Part shown: piece by piece, positions 49,281 to 58,850 of the stretch
How positions within the stretch are numbered: position 1 is the first letter of the stretch
Layout: each line of letters begins with the position of its first letter
NCBI GenBank assembly: GCA_963697965.1
Contig: OY969108.1
Location: 1,981,326-2,045,325 of the forward strand
Source of the DNA: an uncultured delta proteobacterium
GTDB lineage: Bacteria > Desulfobacterota > Desulfobaccia > Desulfobaccales > 0-14-0-80-60-11
Reading direction: 5' to 3'
DNA length: 64,000 nucleotides
Made by a program: the position numbers and the translations under genes
The notes under the pieces: model-generated
Told to the model about the DNA's origin: nothing
The model's input: only the letters and a program-made list of their open reading frames with translations
The model's database searches: none

Positions 49281-51203
49281 CTAAAATACCAGCAGCGCGA
49301 AGGCCCGGGTCAGGAGGGCCAGGCCGGTGGCCAGGACCAGGGTGCTTCCCACCGCTACAGCCGCGCCCTTCCAGCCGATCTCCCGGCCAAGCGCGGCGAT
49401 GGTGGCGGCGCAAGGGATGTAGAAGAGCACGAAGATGGTGAAGGTGAGAAGCTGCGCCAGGCTTAGGGCCTGGGTAATGTGGGTGGTGCCCAGGGCCTCG
49501 GTGAGCATGATGAGCGATAGTTCCTTGCGCATGATGCCGAAGAGCAGGGTGACTCCCACCGCCGCCGGCAGCCCCAGCAGGGCGGTGAAGGGGAGGCAGG
49601 CTTCATTCACGTAAGGCTCGAGGCCGAAATATTTCAGCAGGCTCAGGGCCAGGCTGCCCAGGATGAGGATGGGCCAGGCCACCACGATAAATTCCTTCAA
49701 CCTGTGCCAGCACTTGTGGCCCACGTTAACCCAGGTCGGCATCCGGTATTCGGGGATCTCCATGAGCAGCCCCGGAGAGACCTCCGGCAGGATGAAGGTG
49801 GATAGCCGTCCTAATATGGCGATGACCACCAGGTTGAAGAGATAGACCCCCAGTGCCCAATACGGCCCCAGGGCGTAGGCCACCAGGGCGAAGATAATCA
49901 CCGAGCGGGCCGAACACGGGATGAGGATGGCCAGCATGGCCACCACCAACCGGTCCCGGGGGCTCTCCAGGATGCGGGTGGACATCACCGAGGGCACACT
50001 GCAGCCATAGCCCAGGATGAAAGGGATGATGGACTTGCCATGGAGGCCCATGTGGTGCATGAGGTTATCCATCAGGAAGGCCACCCGGGGTAGATAGCCG
50101 CTGTCTTCCATGACCGCCAGGCCTATGAGGAAGGGAACCAGGTAGGGCAGGACAATAGCCACCCCCCCGAAAATACCCATGAGCAGTCCATCGGCGACGG
50201 TGTAGGCCAGGGTCTGGCTCCCCAGCCAGGCATGCCCCAAAGCCTCCGCCACATCCAGATAAGAGGTGAGATAGTCTTCTAAGTACTGGCCCACCTTGAA
50301 GACTCCCTGGAAAAAAAGGCCCAGAATCAAAACCAGCAACACGTAGCCCCAGACGCGGTGGGTGGCGACCCGGTCCAGACGCTGGCGCCAATCCGGCTTT
50401 GTCGCGGGCTTGACCACCGCCACCTGTTCGAAGACATTAGTGCTCAAGGCGTGGCGTTCCGAGGCGATGACCGTTTCCGGGGGGCGGCCGTGGCTGTCAG
50501 CCAGGACCTGCTGGTGCTCCCGGACCGCCTCCAGGCATTGGGGGTCACGCCGGCCCGCCTCCTCCATCAGATAAGGGTCGTCCTCCAGGAGTTTGACCAA
50601 GAGAAAGCGGCGAGGCAGGTCGAGTACACACGTGCGCTCGCGGTCCAGGCGGTCGCTGAGCGTGGCGATCTCCTGCTCTATGTCGCTGCTGAAAAGAATC
50701 TGGGCCGGACGCACCCCGGTATGCCCGGCCTGCACTGCCCCCTCCAAGAGCTCGGTAAGGCCCCGGCCGGCTGCGGCCACGGTGGGGGCCACCGGCACCC
50801 CCAGGAGTTCCGAGAGCTTCCCGGCGTCGATGGTGATGCCCTTGCGGTCGGCTTCGTCCATCATGTTCAAGGCCACCACCAGGGGTCGTTCCAGACTCAT
50901 CAGCTCCAGGGTGAGCTCCAGGCTGCGGTTTAAAAGAGAGGCGTCGATGACGTTGATAATGACATCGGCCTCGCCGGATAGCAGGTAATTCCTCGATTCC
51001 AGCTCGGCCTGGTCGGTGGAGGTGAGGGAATAGACCCCGGGCAGGTCCACGCAGGTGATGGCCTCACCCTGGAACACCACCTGGCTGACGGTATATTTCA
51101 CCGTGGTGCCGGGAAAGTTGGAGACCGCAGCCTTGTAACCGCTGAAGTAATTGAAAATGGTGCTTTTACCGCAGTTGGGCTGTCCTATGAAGGCAATTTT
51201 CAT
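49281..51203 (-). CDS. feoB: ferrous iron transporter FeoB
   Basis: 640 aa. N-terminal G-domain MKIAFIGQPNCGKSTIFN, DLPG and NMMD motifs, and a polytopic C-terminal membrane domain. No feoA is seen upstream. Confidence 0.95.
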   Translation of the reverse strand: MKIAFIGQPNCGKSTIFNYFSGYKAAVSNFPGTTVKYTVSQVVFQGEAITCVDLPGVYSLTSTDQAELESRNYLLSGEADVIINVIDASLLNRSLELTLELMSLERPLVVALNMMDEADRKGITIDAGKLSELLGVPVAPTVAAAGRGLTELLEGAVQAGHTGVRPAQILFSSDIEQEIATLSDRLDRERTCVLDLPRRFLLVKLLEDDPYLMEEAGRRDPQCLEAVREHQQVLADSHGRPPETVIASERHALSTNVFEQVAVVKPATKPDWRQRLDRVATHRVWGYVLLVLILGLFFQGVFKVGQYLEDYLTSYLDVAEALGHAWLGSQTLAYTVADGLLMGIFGGVAIVLPYLVPFLIGLAVMEDSGYLPRVAFLMDNLMHHMGLHGKSIIPFILGYGCSVPSVMSTRILESPRDRLVVAMLAILIPCSARSVIIFALVAYALGPYWALGVYLFNLVVIAILGRLSTFILPEVSPGLLMEIPEYRMPTWVNVGHKCWHRLKEFIVVAWPILILGSLALSLLKYFGLEPYVNEACLPFTALLGLPAAVGVTLLFGIMRKELSLIMLTEALGTTHITQALSLAQLLTFTIFVLFYIPCAATIAALGREIGWKGAAVAVGSTLVLATGLALLTRAFALLVF

Positions 51204-51217
51204 TTTTTTCCCATAAA

Positions 51218-51239
51218 TGTGGGGTGGGCACTGCCCACC
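51218..51239. repeat. REP hairpin family B
   Basis: tgtggggtgggcactgcccacc. Confidence 0.75.
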
Positions 51240-51551
51240 ATTTCCATTATGAAGCTGGTTAAAAAGGGTGTTGCGAAGGCTCGGGAGAGGGCGCCAGGGG
51301 CAAAGGCCCCCTGCCCTCCCCTCAAAAACAATCTCACCAGAAAGCCTGGGGGCCAGCGTTTCGAGGTACGGGTATGCGACCCCCTGCCTTCAGGAAAATG
51401 GTCTATCACAACTGCGACTCAATTGCAAAGTAATTTTCTAATCGGCTCATTGCCATTTCCCCGAAAATCTTGACACTATGATATATTTCTTTATATTTAA
51501 TAGTTTAATAATCGTGGCCAAACCTTGTTTGTCCTTGTTGGCCGAACTCTC

Positions 51552-52094
51552 ATGAAGACCCACAAGACCCTGCAAATATCCGTCAAATCCATTCCCGAAA
51601 CCGGCAAGGAAGTGGGCTTGCAGCTGGGAAAGGAGTGGTTTGACCGATGGCGGGAGGAAGATCCCGGATTGGAGTTCGCCCAGGGGAACATCCGCGGCGC
51701 GGTGACCCTGTCCAAACACGGCCAGGACATCCTCATCCGGGGGCTTCTTACAGGGAGCCTGGGGCTCTCTTGCGGCCGCTGTCTGGAGCCTTTCGCCGCC
51801 CCGGTGGCCACGGAGTTCGAGGTCCTGCTGGTGCCCGCCCCCGCCAGCCAGGCTCCGGATGAGCAAGAACTGTCCGCCCGGGAATTGGACCTGGATGTTT
51901 ACGCCGGAGAGACGGTGGACCTGGAGGCCCTGGTGCGGGAACAGATCATCCTGCTGGTGCCCTTGAAACCGCTGTGCCAGGAGGATTGCCGGGGCTTATG
52001 CCCCGCCTGCGGGGCCAATCGCAACCGGGAAACCTGCTCCTGCAAGCTGGAAAGCGCTCCTGCCCCGGCCCGGCTGGCGAAGCTCAATGAATAA
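51552..52094 (+). CDS. yceD: YceD/DUF177 family protein
   Basis: C-terminal CxxxCxGLCxxCGxNxNxxxCxC pattern (CQEDCRGLCPACGANRNRETCSC). It sits in the classic position upstream of rpmF. The start is taken at ATG 51552. Confidence 0.8.
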   Translation: MKTHKTLQISVKSIPETGKEVGLQLGKEWFDRWREEDPGLEFAQGNIRGAVTLSKHGQDILIRGLLTGSLGLSCGRCLEPFAAPVATEFEVLLVPAPASQAPDEQELSARELDLDVYAGETVDLEALVREQIILLVPLKPLCQEDCRGLCPACGANRNRETCSCKLESAPAPARLAKLNE

Positions 52095-52099
52095 GTTCT

Positions 52100-52171
52100 T
52101 GTAGGGTGCGCACTGCGCCCCATTAGATTGTTAGAAGCAGCAAAAATTCGGTGCGCAGTATGCACCCTAGA
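52100..52171. repeat. REP doublet (GTAGGGTGCGCACTGCGCCCC and inverted GGTGCGCAGTATGCACCCTAGA)
   Basis: Two related hairpins in inverted orientation, about 30 nt apart, between yceD and rpmF. Confidence 0.65.
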
Positions 52172-52209
52172 GAACGCTGACAACTATCATAGGAATAGGG
52201 AGAATCACC

Positions 52210-52392
52210 GTGCCTTTACCCAAACGCAGGAAATCCATCGCCAAAAAGAACACGCGCCGGTCCCACGACCATCTGGCGCCGCCGCAGCCATCCAACTGCC
52301 CCAAATGCGGCGAGGCCCGTCTACCCCATCACGTCTGTCCCTCCTGCGGTTTTTATAAGGGCCGCCTGGTGGTGCCCAAGGAAGCGGAGTAA
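52210..52392 (+). CDS. rpmF: 50S ribosomal protein L32
   Basis: PLPKRRKSIAKKNTRRSHDHL...CPKCGEARLPHHVCPSCGFYKG. GTG start. Confidence 0.95.
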   Translation: MPLPKRRKSIAKKNTRRSHDHLAPPQPSNCPKCGEARLPHHVCPSCGFYKGRLVVPKEAE

Positions 52393-52400
52393 GGAGCGCC

Positions 52401-53558
52401 ATGGACTACCTGCTCACCGAGGAGCAACGGATGCTCCAGGATCTGGCTCGCCAGATCGCCAGAGAGCGCATCAAGCCCATCCGGGCTCAACTGGACGAAG
52501 AAGAGAGCTTTCCCTGGGACATCCTGGCGGACCTGGCCCGGGCCGACCTCTGCGGCACCGTCATCCCCGAGGCCTACGGCGGCCTGGGGATGGGTTGTCT
52601 GGAGAACTGCCTGGTCCTGGAGGCCCTGGCCGAGGCCTGCGTGGGGGTGGCCACCACCTATGCCGCCAGCTTCCTGGGGGCCTATCCGTTGCTGCTTTTC
52701 GGCTCCGAGGCGCAGAAAGCCCGCTATCTGCCGCCCATGGCCCGGGGTGAAGCCCTGGGCGCCTTCTGCCTAACTGAATCCCAGGCCGGATCCGACGCCG
52801 GGGCCATTGCCGCCACCGCGGTGAAGGACGGCGGCCATTACGTCCTCAATGGCACCAAGCAATGGATCACCAACGCCGGGGAGGCCGAGTTTTACACGGT
52901 CATCGCCCTCAGCGACCGCTCCAAAGGGGTCCGGGGCGCCAGCGCCTTTGTGGTGGAAAAGAACGATCCCGGCATCTCCTTCGGAAAAAAAGAGAAAAAG
53001 ATGGGCATCCGGGCCTCGGTCACCCGGGAGGTGGTCCTGGAGGACTGCCGCATCCCCGCAGACCGTCTTATCGGCAAAGAGGGCCTGGGCTTCATTGTCA
53101 CCATGAAGACCCTGGACAACGCCCGCCCCGGCGCCGGGGCCCTGGCGGTGGGGCTGGCCCAGGGCGCCCTGGACGAAGCCGCCTCCTTCGCCAAGGAACG
53201 CCACCAATTCGGGGCCCCCATCTTCTCCTTCCAGGCGGTGCAGCACCTGCTGGCCGACATGGCTACCAGGATCGAGGCGGCCCGGGCCCTGGTCTACACG
53301 GTGGCGCGCTATCTCGGCAGCAACCCCAAGGATTATTCCAAGGAAGGGGCCATGGCCAAACTCTTCCCCACCGACATGGCCATGCAGGTGACCGTGGACG
53401 CGGTGCAGGTCATGGGCGGCCACGGCTACATGCGGGAATACCCGGTGGAAAAGATGATGCGGGACGCCAAGGTCCTCCAGATCTACGAAGGCACCAACCA
53501 GATCATGCGCAACATCATCGGCTTGGCCTTGAATAAAGAATACTCGCGGAAGAAATAA
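52401..53558 (+). CDS. acyl-CoA dehydrogenase (butyryl-CoA dehydrogenase-like)
   Basis: 385 aa with FCLTESQAGSDAG, GTKQWITN and a C-terminal QIYEGTNQI. The architecture is typical of short-chain ACADs. Confidence 0.92.
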   Translation: MDYLLTEEQRMLQDLARQIARERIKPIRAQLDEEESFPWDILADLARADLCGTVIPEAYGGLGMGCLENCLVLEALAEACVGVATTYAASFLGAYPLLLFGSEAQKARYLPPMARGEALGAFCLTESQAGSDAGAIAATAVKDGGHYVLNGTKQWITNAGEAEFYTVIALSDRSKGVRGASAFVVEKNDPGISFGKKEKKMGIRASVTREVVLEDCRIPADRLIGKEGLGFIVTMKTLDNARPGAGALAVGLAQGALDEAASFAKERHQFGAPIFSFQAVQHLLADMATRIEAARALVYTVARYLGSNPKDYSKEGAMAKLFPTDMAMQVTVDAVQVMGGHGYMREYPVEKMMRDAKVLQIYEGTNQIMRNIIGLALNKEYSRKK

Positions 53559-53615
53559 GTGGTCAGTAGCCAGTAGTCAGAAGCCAGTAGCCAGTGGTTA
53601 GGGATTAGGGATTAG
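53559..53615 (+). repeat. CAGTRGYC-type tandem array plus TTAGGGA x2 at a gene 3' end
   Basis: gtggtcagtagccagtagtcagaagccagtagccagtggttagggattagggattag starts directly after the acyl-CoA dehydrogenase stop codon. Confidence 0.75.
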
Positions 53616-53669
53616 AAAGGCAAAAGGAAGAAGTAAACTCTAAGGCAGATAATTTTCGCCTTTCCTAAA

Positions 53670-53730
53670 ATGTAGGGTGGGCACTGCCCGCCATTTCCAC
53701 TTTCCTGTAGCCGCAGGCTTTAGCCTGCGC
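53670..53730. repeat. adjacent REP hairpins, family B then family D
   Basis: tgtagggtgggcactgcccgcc at 53670-53691 and tgtagccgcaggctttagcctgcgc at 53706-53730. Confidence 0.75.
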
Positions 53731-53734
53731 CTTA

Positions 53735-54541
53735 ATGACATCAATGATGCTCAAGATACTCGTCTGTATCAAGCAAGTCCCCGACACCCAGGAAGTGCGC
53801 CTGGACCCGGTGACCCATACCCTGAAGCGCGAAGGCGTCAAGGCCATCATCAATCCCTTCGACCTCTACGCCCTGGAGGAGGGGCTGCGGGTCAAAGACT
53901 CCCGGGGCGGCCGGGTCACGCTGCTCACCATGGGTCCGCCCCAGGCCGAAGAGGCCCTGCGGCAGGCCTTGGGTTATGGCGCCGACGCCGCGGTGCTCGT
54001 CTCCGATCGCGCCTTTGCCGGCGCCGACACCTGGGCCACCGCCTTGACCCTCGCCCGGGCCATCGACAAGATGGGCGGAGCCGACCTGATATTTACCGGC
54101 AAGCAGGCCATCGACGGCGACACCGCCCAGGTGGGGCCCATGCTGGCCGCCATCCTGGATATCCCTTACGCCTCCTGGGCCCGCAAGCTCAGCTTCCTGG
54201 ACGACGGGACCTTGAAGGTGGAGCGCCTCCTGGATCACGGCTACGATGCCGTGGAGGTCAAACTTCCGGCCCTGATCACCGTCGTCAAGGAGATCAATGA
54301 GCCCCGGCTGCCCTCCTTCAAGGCCAAATTGAAGGCGAAGAATGAGGCCATTCCGACCTGGGGCCTGGCGGACCTGAATCTGAGCCCGGAGGCCGCGGGT
54401 CTGGCCGGTTCCTTCACCCAGGTGGTGAAGGTCTTCCCGCCGCCGGCCCGGGGCCAATCCGAGGTCTGGACCGGGGAGCCTGAGGAGTTGGCCGGCCGTC
54501 TCTGGCCGCGGCTCAAAGAAATCTCCAAAGCCGCGGTCTAG
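53735..54541 (+). CDS. etfB: electron transfer flavoprotein beta subunit
   Basis: MLKILVCIKQVPD..., DRAFAGADTWAT, GKQAIDGDTAQVG. The start could be 53735-53747. Confidence 0.92.
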   Translation: MTSMMLKILVCIKQVPDTQEVRLDPVTHTLKREGVKAIINPFDLYALEEGLRVKDSRGGRVTLLTMGPPQAEEALRQALGYGADAAVLVSDRAFAGADTWATALTLARAIDKMGGADLIFTGKQAIDGDTAQVGPMLAAILDIPYASWARKLSFLDDGTLKVERLLDHGYDAVEVKLPALITVVKEINEPRLPSFKAKLKAKNEAIPTWGLADLNLSPEAAGLAGSFTQVVKVFPPPARGQSEVWTGEPEELAGRLWPRLKEISKAAV

Positions 54542-54708
54542 GAAAACGCGGCTCTAAGCCAGTCCGAATTGGGAGTCATACCCGTCCCTACCTTGAAACC
54601 GACTGCTGCTGGTCATCTCAGAATTCGAGATGCTCTCTCGGTAAGAATGAAATTCTGGGCAGGCCTCGGTTTTGCGATGGATCTTAATATTTAAGAAATA
54701 GGAATGGG

Positions 54709-54966
54709 ATGACGGATATGGAAAAATGCAATATCAAGGCCTTGGCGGTGGCGATTGGGGCGCTTTGGTCCTTTTCGGTCCTGCTTCTGGCCTGGATGGC
54801 CGCATTCGGCTGGGGCAGGGAAATGGTCACTCTCCTTGCTTCGCTTTACCTGGGCTATGCCCCCACTTTTCTGGGCGGAATCATTGGCGCGATCTGGGCT
54901 TTCATCGACGGCGCCATTGCCGGGGCGATCATCGCCTGGGTCTATAATAAGGTCGCGCCGAAATAA
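54709..54966 (+). CDS. small Gly/Ala-rich integral membrane protein
   Basis: 85 aa with 2-3 TM helices (ALAVAIGALWSFSVLLLAWMAAF; FLGGIIGAIWAFIDGAIAGAIIAWVY). Family uncertain. Confidence 0.45.
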   Translation: MTDMEKCNIKALAVAIGALWSFSVLLLAWMAAFGWGREMVTLLASLYLGYAPTFLGGIIGAIWAFIDGAIAGAIIAWVYNKVAPK

Positions 54967-55003
54967 AATCTGTGAAAATTATTATGATTACTAGCTTCCC
55001 CTA

Positions 55004-55744
55004 ATGGCGCTGCAAGAAGAGTTCGAAAGCCTCGGCAACCGGTTTTTCCGCTGGCGGAGTTACCTGCCGCTCTGCATGGCCCTGGTATTTCTGGCGGCGT
55101 TGTGGAGCCAGCCCCATGCCGCCTCGCCGGGACACCCCGGCCGAGCCTGGCAAACGGGTTGCCTGCTGGTCTCGCTGGCCGGCCTGGGGCTCCGTTTCTT
55201 TACCGTGGGGTTTGCCCCCCGGGGCACCTCGGGCCGCAACACCCAGGGCCAGGTGGCCGAAACCCTGAACACCACCGGGATCTATTCGCTGGTGCGGAAC
55301 CCCCTTTACCTGGGCAATTTCTTGATCTGGCTGGGTTTGTCGCTACTTATCAAGGTCTGGTGGTGCACCGTAATCGTCATTCTCTGCTTCATTTTATTCT
55401 ATGAAAGGATCATCTTCGCCGAGGAAGCTTTTTTGCGGGAAAGGTTCGCAGGGGCATTCATGGACTGGGCGGCGGGCACCCCCGCCATCATTCCCTGTTT
55501 CCGGAACTGGAGGCCCCCATCGCTGCCCTTTTCCTGGAAATCGGCATTGAGGCGGGAATATTCGTCCTGGTTCGCCACCATCACCTCTTTTACGGTTTTG
55601 GCGATCCTCAGGGACAGCCTGCAAAACGGGCGGCTCATGTTAGACAAGAACTGGCTGGTTATTTTCGGCTGCACCCTGGCAATTTATCTGGGCCTCAGGA
55701 CGCTCAAAAAAAAGACCCAAATCCTAAGTACGGTTGATAGATAG
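55004..55744 (+). CDS. ICMT/PEMT-like membrane methyltransferase family protein
   Basis: 246 aa, polytopic. GIYSLVRNPLYLGNFLIWLG and ERIIFAEEAFL match the isoprenylcysteine carboxyl / phospholipid methyltransferase fold signature. Confidence 0.7.
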   Translation: MALQEEFESLGNRFFRWRSYLPLCMALVFLAALWSQPHAASPGHPGRAWQTGCLLVSLAGLGLRFFTVGFAPRGTSGRNTQGQVAETLNTTGIYSLVRNPLYLGNFLIWLGLSLLIKVWWCTVIVILCFILFYERIIFAEEAFLRERFAGAFMDWAAGTPAIIPCFRNWRPPSLPFSWKSALRREYSSWFATITSFTVLAILRDSLQNGRLMLDKNWLVIFGCTLAIYLGLRTLKKKTQILSTVDR

Positions 55745-55777
55745 AAGACATTTGAGGGTGGGGCGGCCGTCCCTGGC

Positions 55778-55966
55778 GGTGGCACAGGTTTTAAACCAGT
55801 GCTGCTAATGGCAGGCACCGAGCCCCACCCCACCACTGAAAACTAAAAACTCGAAACTCGAAACCAGAAACCGGGCGACCCAGCGGGTCGCCCCTACTCG
55901 AAACTGGGCGACCCATTCACAGGCTGGAAGCCTGTGCCACCGTCGCCCCTACAACTCGAAACTTGA
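55778..55966. repeat. dense repeat cluster (family A REPs, family E REPs GGGCGACCCAGCGGGTCGCCCCTAC, GAAAC arrays)
   Basis: Family A variant at 55778-55805. GAAAC array at 55835-55872. Family E at 55873-55897. Composite unit at 55906-55953. actcgaaact at 55953-55966, abutting the etfA start codon. Confidence 0.75.
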
Positions 55967-55967
55967 T

Positions 55968-57161
55968 ATGAGCCTCATCTTTAACTCTGAGAAATGTATC
56001 GCCTGCGGCCAGTGCGTCGAGGTCTGCCCCTTCGGGGTCCTGAACCTTACGGCCGAGACCCTGGTCATTGGTGAAGGCTGCAATCTCTGCGGCGCTTGCG
56101 TGGAGATATGCCCGGTTGAGGCCCTGTCTCTGCCTCTCGCGCCCGGCCCCGCTCCCCGGCCCGAGACGCCGCCGGATGGGGTCTGGATCTTCGCCGAGCA
56201 GCGGGGCGGGGTCCTGGCAGCCGTGACTGCGGAACTGCTGGGAGAAGGACAGCGTCTGGCGGAAGAGCTTGAGACCCCTCTGGCTGCGGTCCTCCTGGGA
56301 AATCGGGTGGCCTCCCTGGCCCCCGAGCTGCTGGCCGCCGGGGCTCACAAGGTCTACCTGCTGGAACATCCGATCCTTGAGAATTTTCTGGAAGAACCCT
56401 ACGCCACCGCCTTGTTCGAGCTGGCCCGCCAGTTCCGGCCGGAAATCATCCTGGCCGGGGCCACCTACGCCGGCCGGGCCTTTATCCCCCGGGTGGCCGC
56501 GGCCCTGCGTACCGGCCTCACCGCCGACTGCACCGCCTTCGCCATCGACCTGGAAAAACGCCTGCTGCTGCAGACCCGCCCCGCCTTTGGCGGCAACATC
56601 ATGGCCACCATCATCACTCCCCGCACCTTTCCCCAGATGGCCACCGCCCGCCCCGGGGTCTTCAAAGCCCGGCCCCGAGCGGCAAAGCCTGGGGCCGCGG
56701 TGATCCCCGTGGACGCCTCCTTTTTGGACGGCGACCGCCGCAGCCGCTTTTTGGCCACGGTGTCCGAATTCAAAGAAAGGGTGCATTTGGCCGCGGCGGA
56801 GGTGATTGTCGCCGGCGGCCGGGGCCTGAAGGAGGCCGGGAATTTTGGGCTGCTGGAAGAACTGGCGGACCTGTTGGGCGGCGCGGTGGGCGCCAGCCGG
56901 GCCGCGGTGGACGCGGGCTGGATCGACTACGCCCATCAGATCGGCCAGACGGGCAAGACCGTGGGCCCCAAGATTTACATCGCCTGCGGTATTTCCGGCG
57001 CCACCCAGCACCTGGTGGGCATGCAGTCCTCAGATTTCATCGTGGCTATCAACAAGGACCCCCACGCCCCCATCTTCCAGGTGGCGGATGTGGGCCTGGT
57101 GGGCGATCTTTTTCAGATCATCCCGGCTTTGATCCAGGAAATCAAGCGGGACCGGGGATGA
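55968..57161 (+). CDS. etfA: electron transfer flavoprotein alpha subunit with N-terminal 2x[4Fe-4S] ferredoxin domain
   Basis: N-terminus [12 protein letters not shown]...[12 protein letters not shown], followed by an ETF-alpha domain ([42 protein letters not shown]). Confidence 0.9.
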   Translation: MSLIFNSEKCIACGQCVEVCPFGVLNLTAETLVIGEGCNLCGACVEICPVEALSLPLAPGPAPRPETPPDGVWIFAEQRGGVLAAVTAELLGEGQRLAEELETPLAAVLLGNRVASLAPELLAAGAHKVYLLEHPILENFLEEPYATALFELARQFRPEIILAGATYAGRAFIPRVAAALRTGLTADCTAFAIDLEKRLLLQTRPAFGGNIMATIITPRTFPQMATARPGVFKARPRAAKPGAAVIPVDASFLDGDRRSRFLATVSEFKERVHLAAAEVIVAGGRGLKEAGNFGLLEELADLLGGAVGASRAAVDAGWIDYAHQIGQTGKTVGPKIYIACGISGATQHLVGMQSSDFIVAINKDPHAPIFQVADVGLVGDLFQIIPALIQEIKRDRG

Positions 57162-57366
57162 GCGCCGCGGGCAGCCGCCCGCCCACGGCTGGCCATTACC
57201 ACATTGCCCAATTTTAATCGCCCCCATGTGAAAAAAAGTATGATAAATATCTTTCATTTTGGTGATTTTCTGTTTATTTAATTAACCCAGCGCCGTTTGG
57301 CACCCTATCCCCAGCCGCGATGGGTGCAGTGCGGCTTAACTATTTGATTTTAAACGGTAACCGATT

Positions 57367-58113
57367 ATGGAGCAGATGGTATCAGTAGCCCTGGTAACCG
57401 GCGCCGCCCGCGGAATTGGCCGGGCCATCGCCCTGGTCCTGGCACGCCCCCGATTGACCCTCTATCTCAACGATATCGCCTTGGGAGAAGAGGCTGTAAG
57501 GACTCAACAGGAGGTTAACGGCAAGGGGGCCCAGGCAAAATTGATCGAATTCAACGTGGCCGATGCCGGGCAGGTGCAGCAGGGTGTGGATGAGATCCTC
57601 AAAGAGAGCGGCCGTCTGGATCTTCTGGTGAACAACGCCGGCATCACCAGGGACAACCTCATCCTGCGGATGAAGGAGGCGGAATGGGACGCGGTGCTGG
57701 CGGTGAACCTCAAAGGGGCTTATAATTGCATGCGGGCGGTGAGCAAGGCTATGGTTAAGCAGCGCTTCGGACGCATCATCAACATCAGTTCGGTGGTGGG
57801 GGTGATGGGCAACGCGGGCCAGGCCAACTATGTGGCCTCCAAAGCCGGGTTGATCGGCCTGACCAAGGCGGTGGCCCGGGAGCTGGCCTCCCGCAATATT
57901 ACTGTGAACGCCGTGGCCCCCGGCTTTATTCAGACGGAAATGACCGAATCCTTACCGGCCAAAGTTAAGGAAGAGATGCTGGCCCAGATTCCCCTGGGCC
58001 GGTTCGGCACTCCTGAGGAGGTGGCTCAAGCGGTGGCCTTTCTGGCCTCCGACGCCGCGGCTTACCTCACTGGCCAGGTGATTCACGTTAATGGCGGCAT
58101 GTTGATGATTTAA
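57367..58113 (+). CDS. fabG: 3-oxoacyl-[ACP] reductase
   Basis: ALVTGAARGIGRAIA, NNAGI and S...YVASKAG (catalytic triad), ending VIHVNGGM. Confidence 0.92.
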   Translation: MEQMVSVALVTGAARGIGRAIALVLARPRLTLYLNDIALGEEAVRTQQEVNGKGAQAKLIEFNVADAGQVQQGVDEILKESGRLDLLVNNAGITRDNLILRMKEAEWDAVLAVNLKGAYNCMRAVSKAMVKQRFGRIINISSVVGVMGNAGQANYVASKAGLIGLTKAVARELASRNITVNAVAPGFIQTEMTESLPAKVKEEMLAQIPLGRFGTPEEVAQAVAFLASDAAAYLTGQVIHVNGGMLMI

Positions 58114-58135
58114 CAGAAAATAGGAGGTTTTGTCG

Positions 58136-58375
58136 ATGGGTGCAACTGAAGATAAGGTGATTGACATAATCGTGGACAAATTGGGGGTGGAACGCTCAGA
58201 GGTCACCCCGGAGGCGGTCTTTGTGGATGACCTGGGGGCCGACTCGCTGGATCTGGTGGAGTTGATCATGGCCATGGAGGAAGAATTCGGCATGGAAATC
58301 GCCGATGAGCAAGCGGAAAAGTTGAGGACCGTCCAGGATGTCATCACCTTCGTCAAAGCCCATGCCGCCGCCTGA
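58136..58375 (+). CDS. acpP: acyl carrier protein
   Basis: [21 protein letters not shown] (phosphopantetheine Ser motif). ATG 58136 lies 7 nt after AGGAGG. Confidence 0.95.
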   Translation: MGATEDKVIDIIVDKLGVERSEVTPEAVFVDDLGADSLDLVELIMAMEEEFGMEIADEQAEKLRTVQDVITFVKAHAAA

Positions 58376-58850
58376 GCGCGGAGGCGTCATCGCCGTTGCC
58401 TGCGACCACGCCGGCTTTGGCCTGAAAAAAGAGATCGTCGAACTGTTGTGCGAACTGAAGGTGGAGGTCTTGGACCTCGGCTGCGCCAATGCCCAGCAAT
58501 CGGTGCATTACCCGCTGTTCGGAAAAATGGTGGTGGACGCCATGTTAGCACGGCCCGGAAGCCGGGGCATCCTGATCTGCGGCACCGGCCTGGGGATGAG
58601 CATCATGGCCAACCGCTTTCCGGGCATCCGGGCGGCCCTGTGCCACGACCTTTATGCCGCGCTGATGTGCAGACGGCACAACGACGCCAATCTCCTGGTA
58701 ATGGGCGGCCGGGTTATCGGTCCCGATCTCGGCAAAGAAATCGTGCGCACCTGGCTGGGCACCCCCTTTGAAGGCGGCCGCCACCAAGAGCGCCTCGATC
58801 TGTTGGAGCAGTTGGCCCAGGAGAAACCCCGGGCCGGAGCAACCCCGTAA
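58362..58850 (+). CDS. rpiB: ribose-5-phosphate isomerase B
   Basis: [14 protein letters not shown] and [24 protein letters not shown]. The start taken at ATG 58362 overlaps the acpP end by 14 nt. Confidence 0.9.
   Translation: MPPPERGGVIAVACDHAGFGLKKEIVELLCELKVEVLDLGCANAQQSVHYPLFGKMVVDAMLARPGSRGILICGTGLGMSIMANRFPGIRAALCHDLYAALMCRRHNDANLLVMGGRVIGPDLGKEIVRTWLGTPFEGGRHQERLDLLEQLAQEKPRAGATP

Noticed and set aside
51200-51409. Short ORFs such as 51200-51409, 53665-53853, 49206-49466, 9487-9690 and 48454-48741
   Set aside because: Their N-termini or cores are encoded by REP hairpins or MITE-like hairpins (MVGSAHPT, PPSPQAPPLSGRG). They have no RBS and no protein-like composition.
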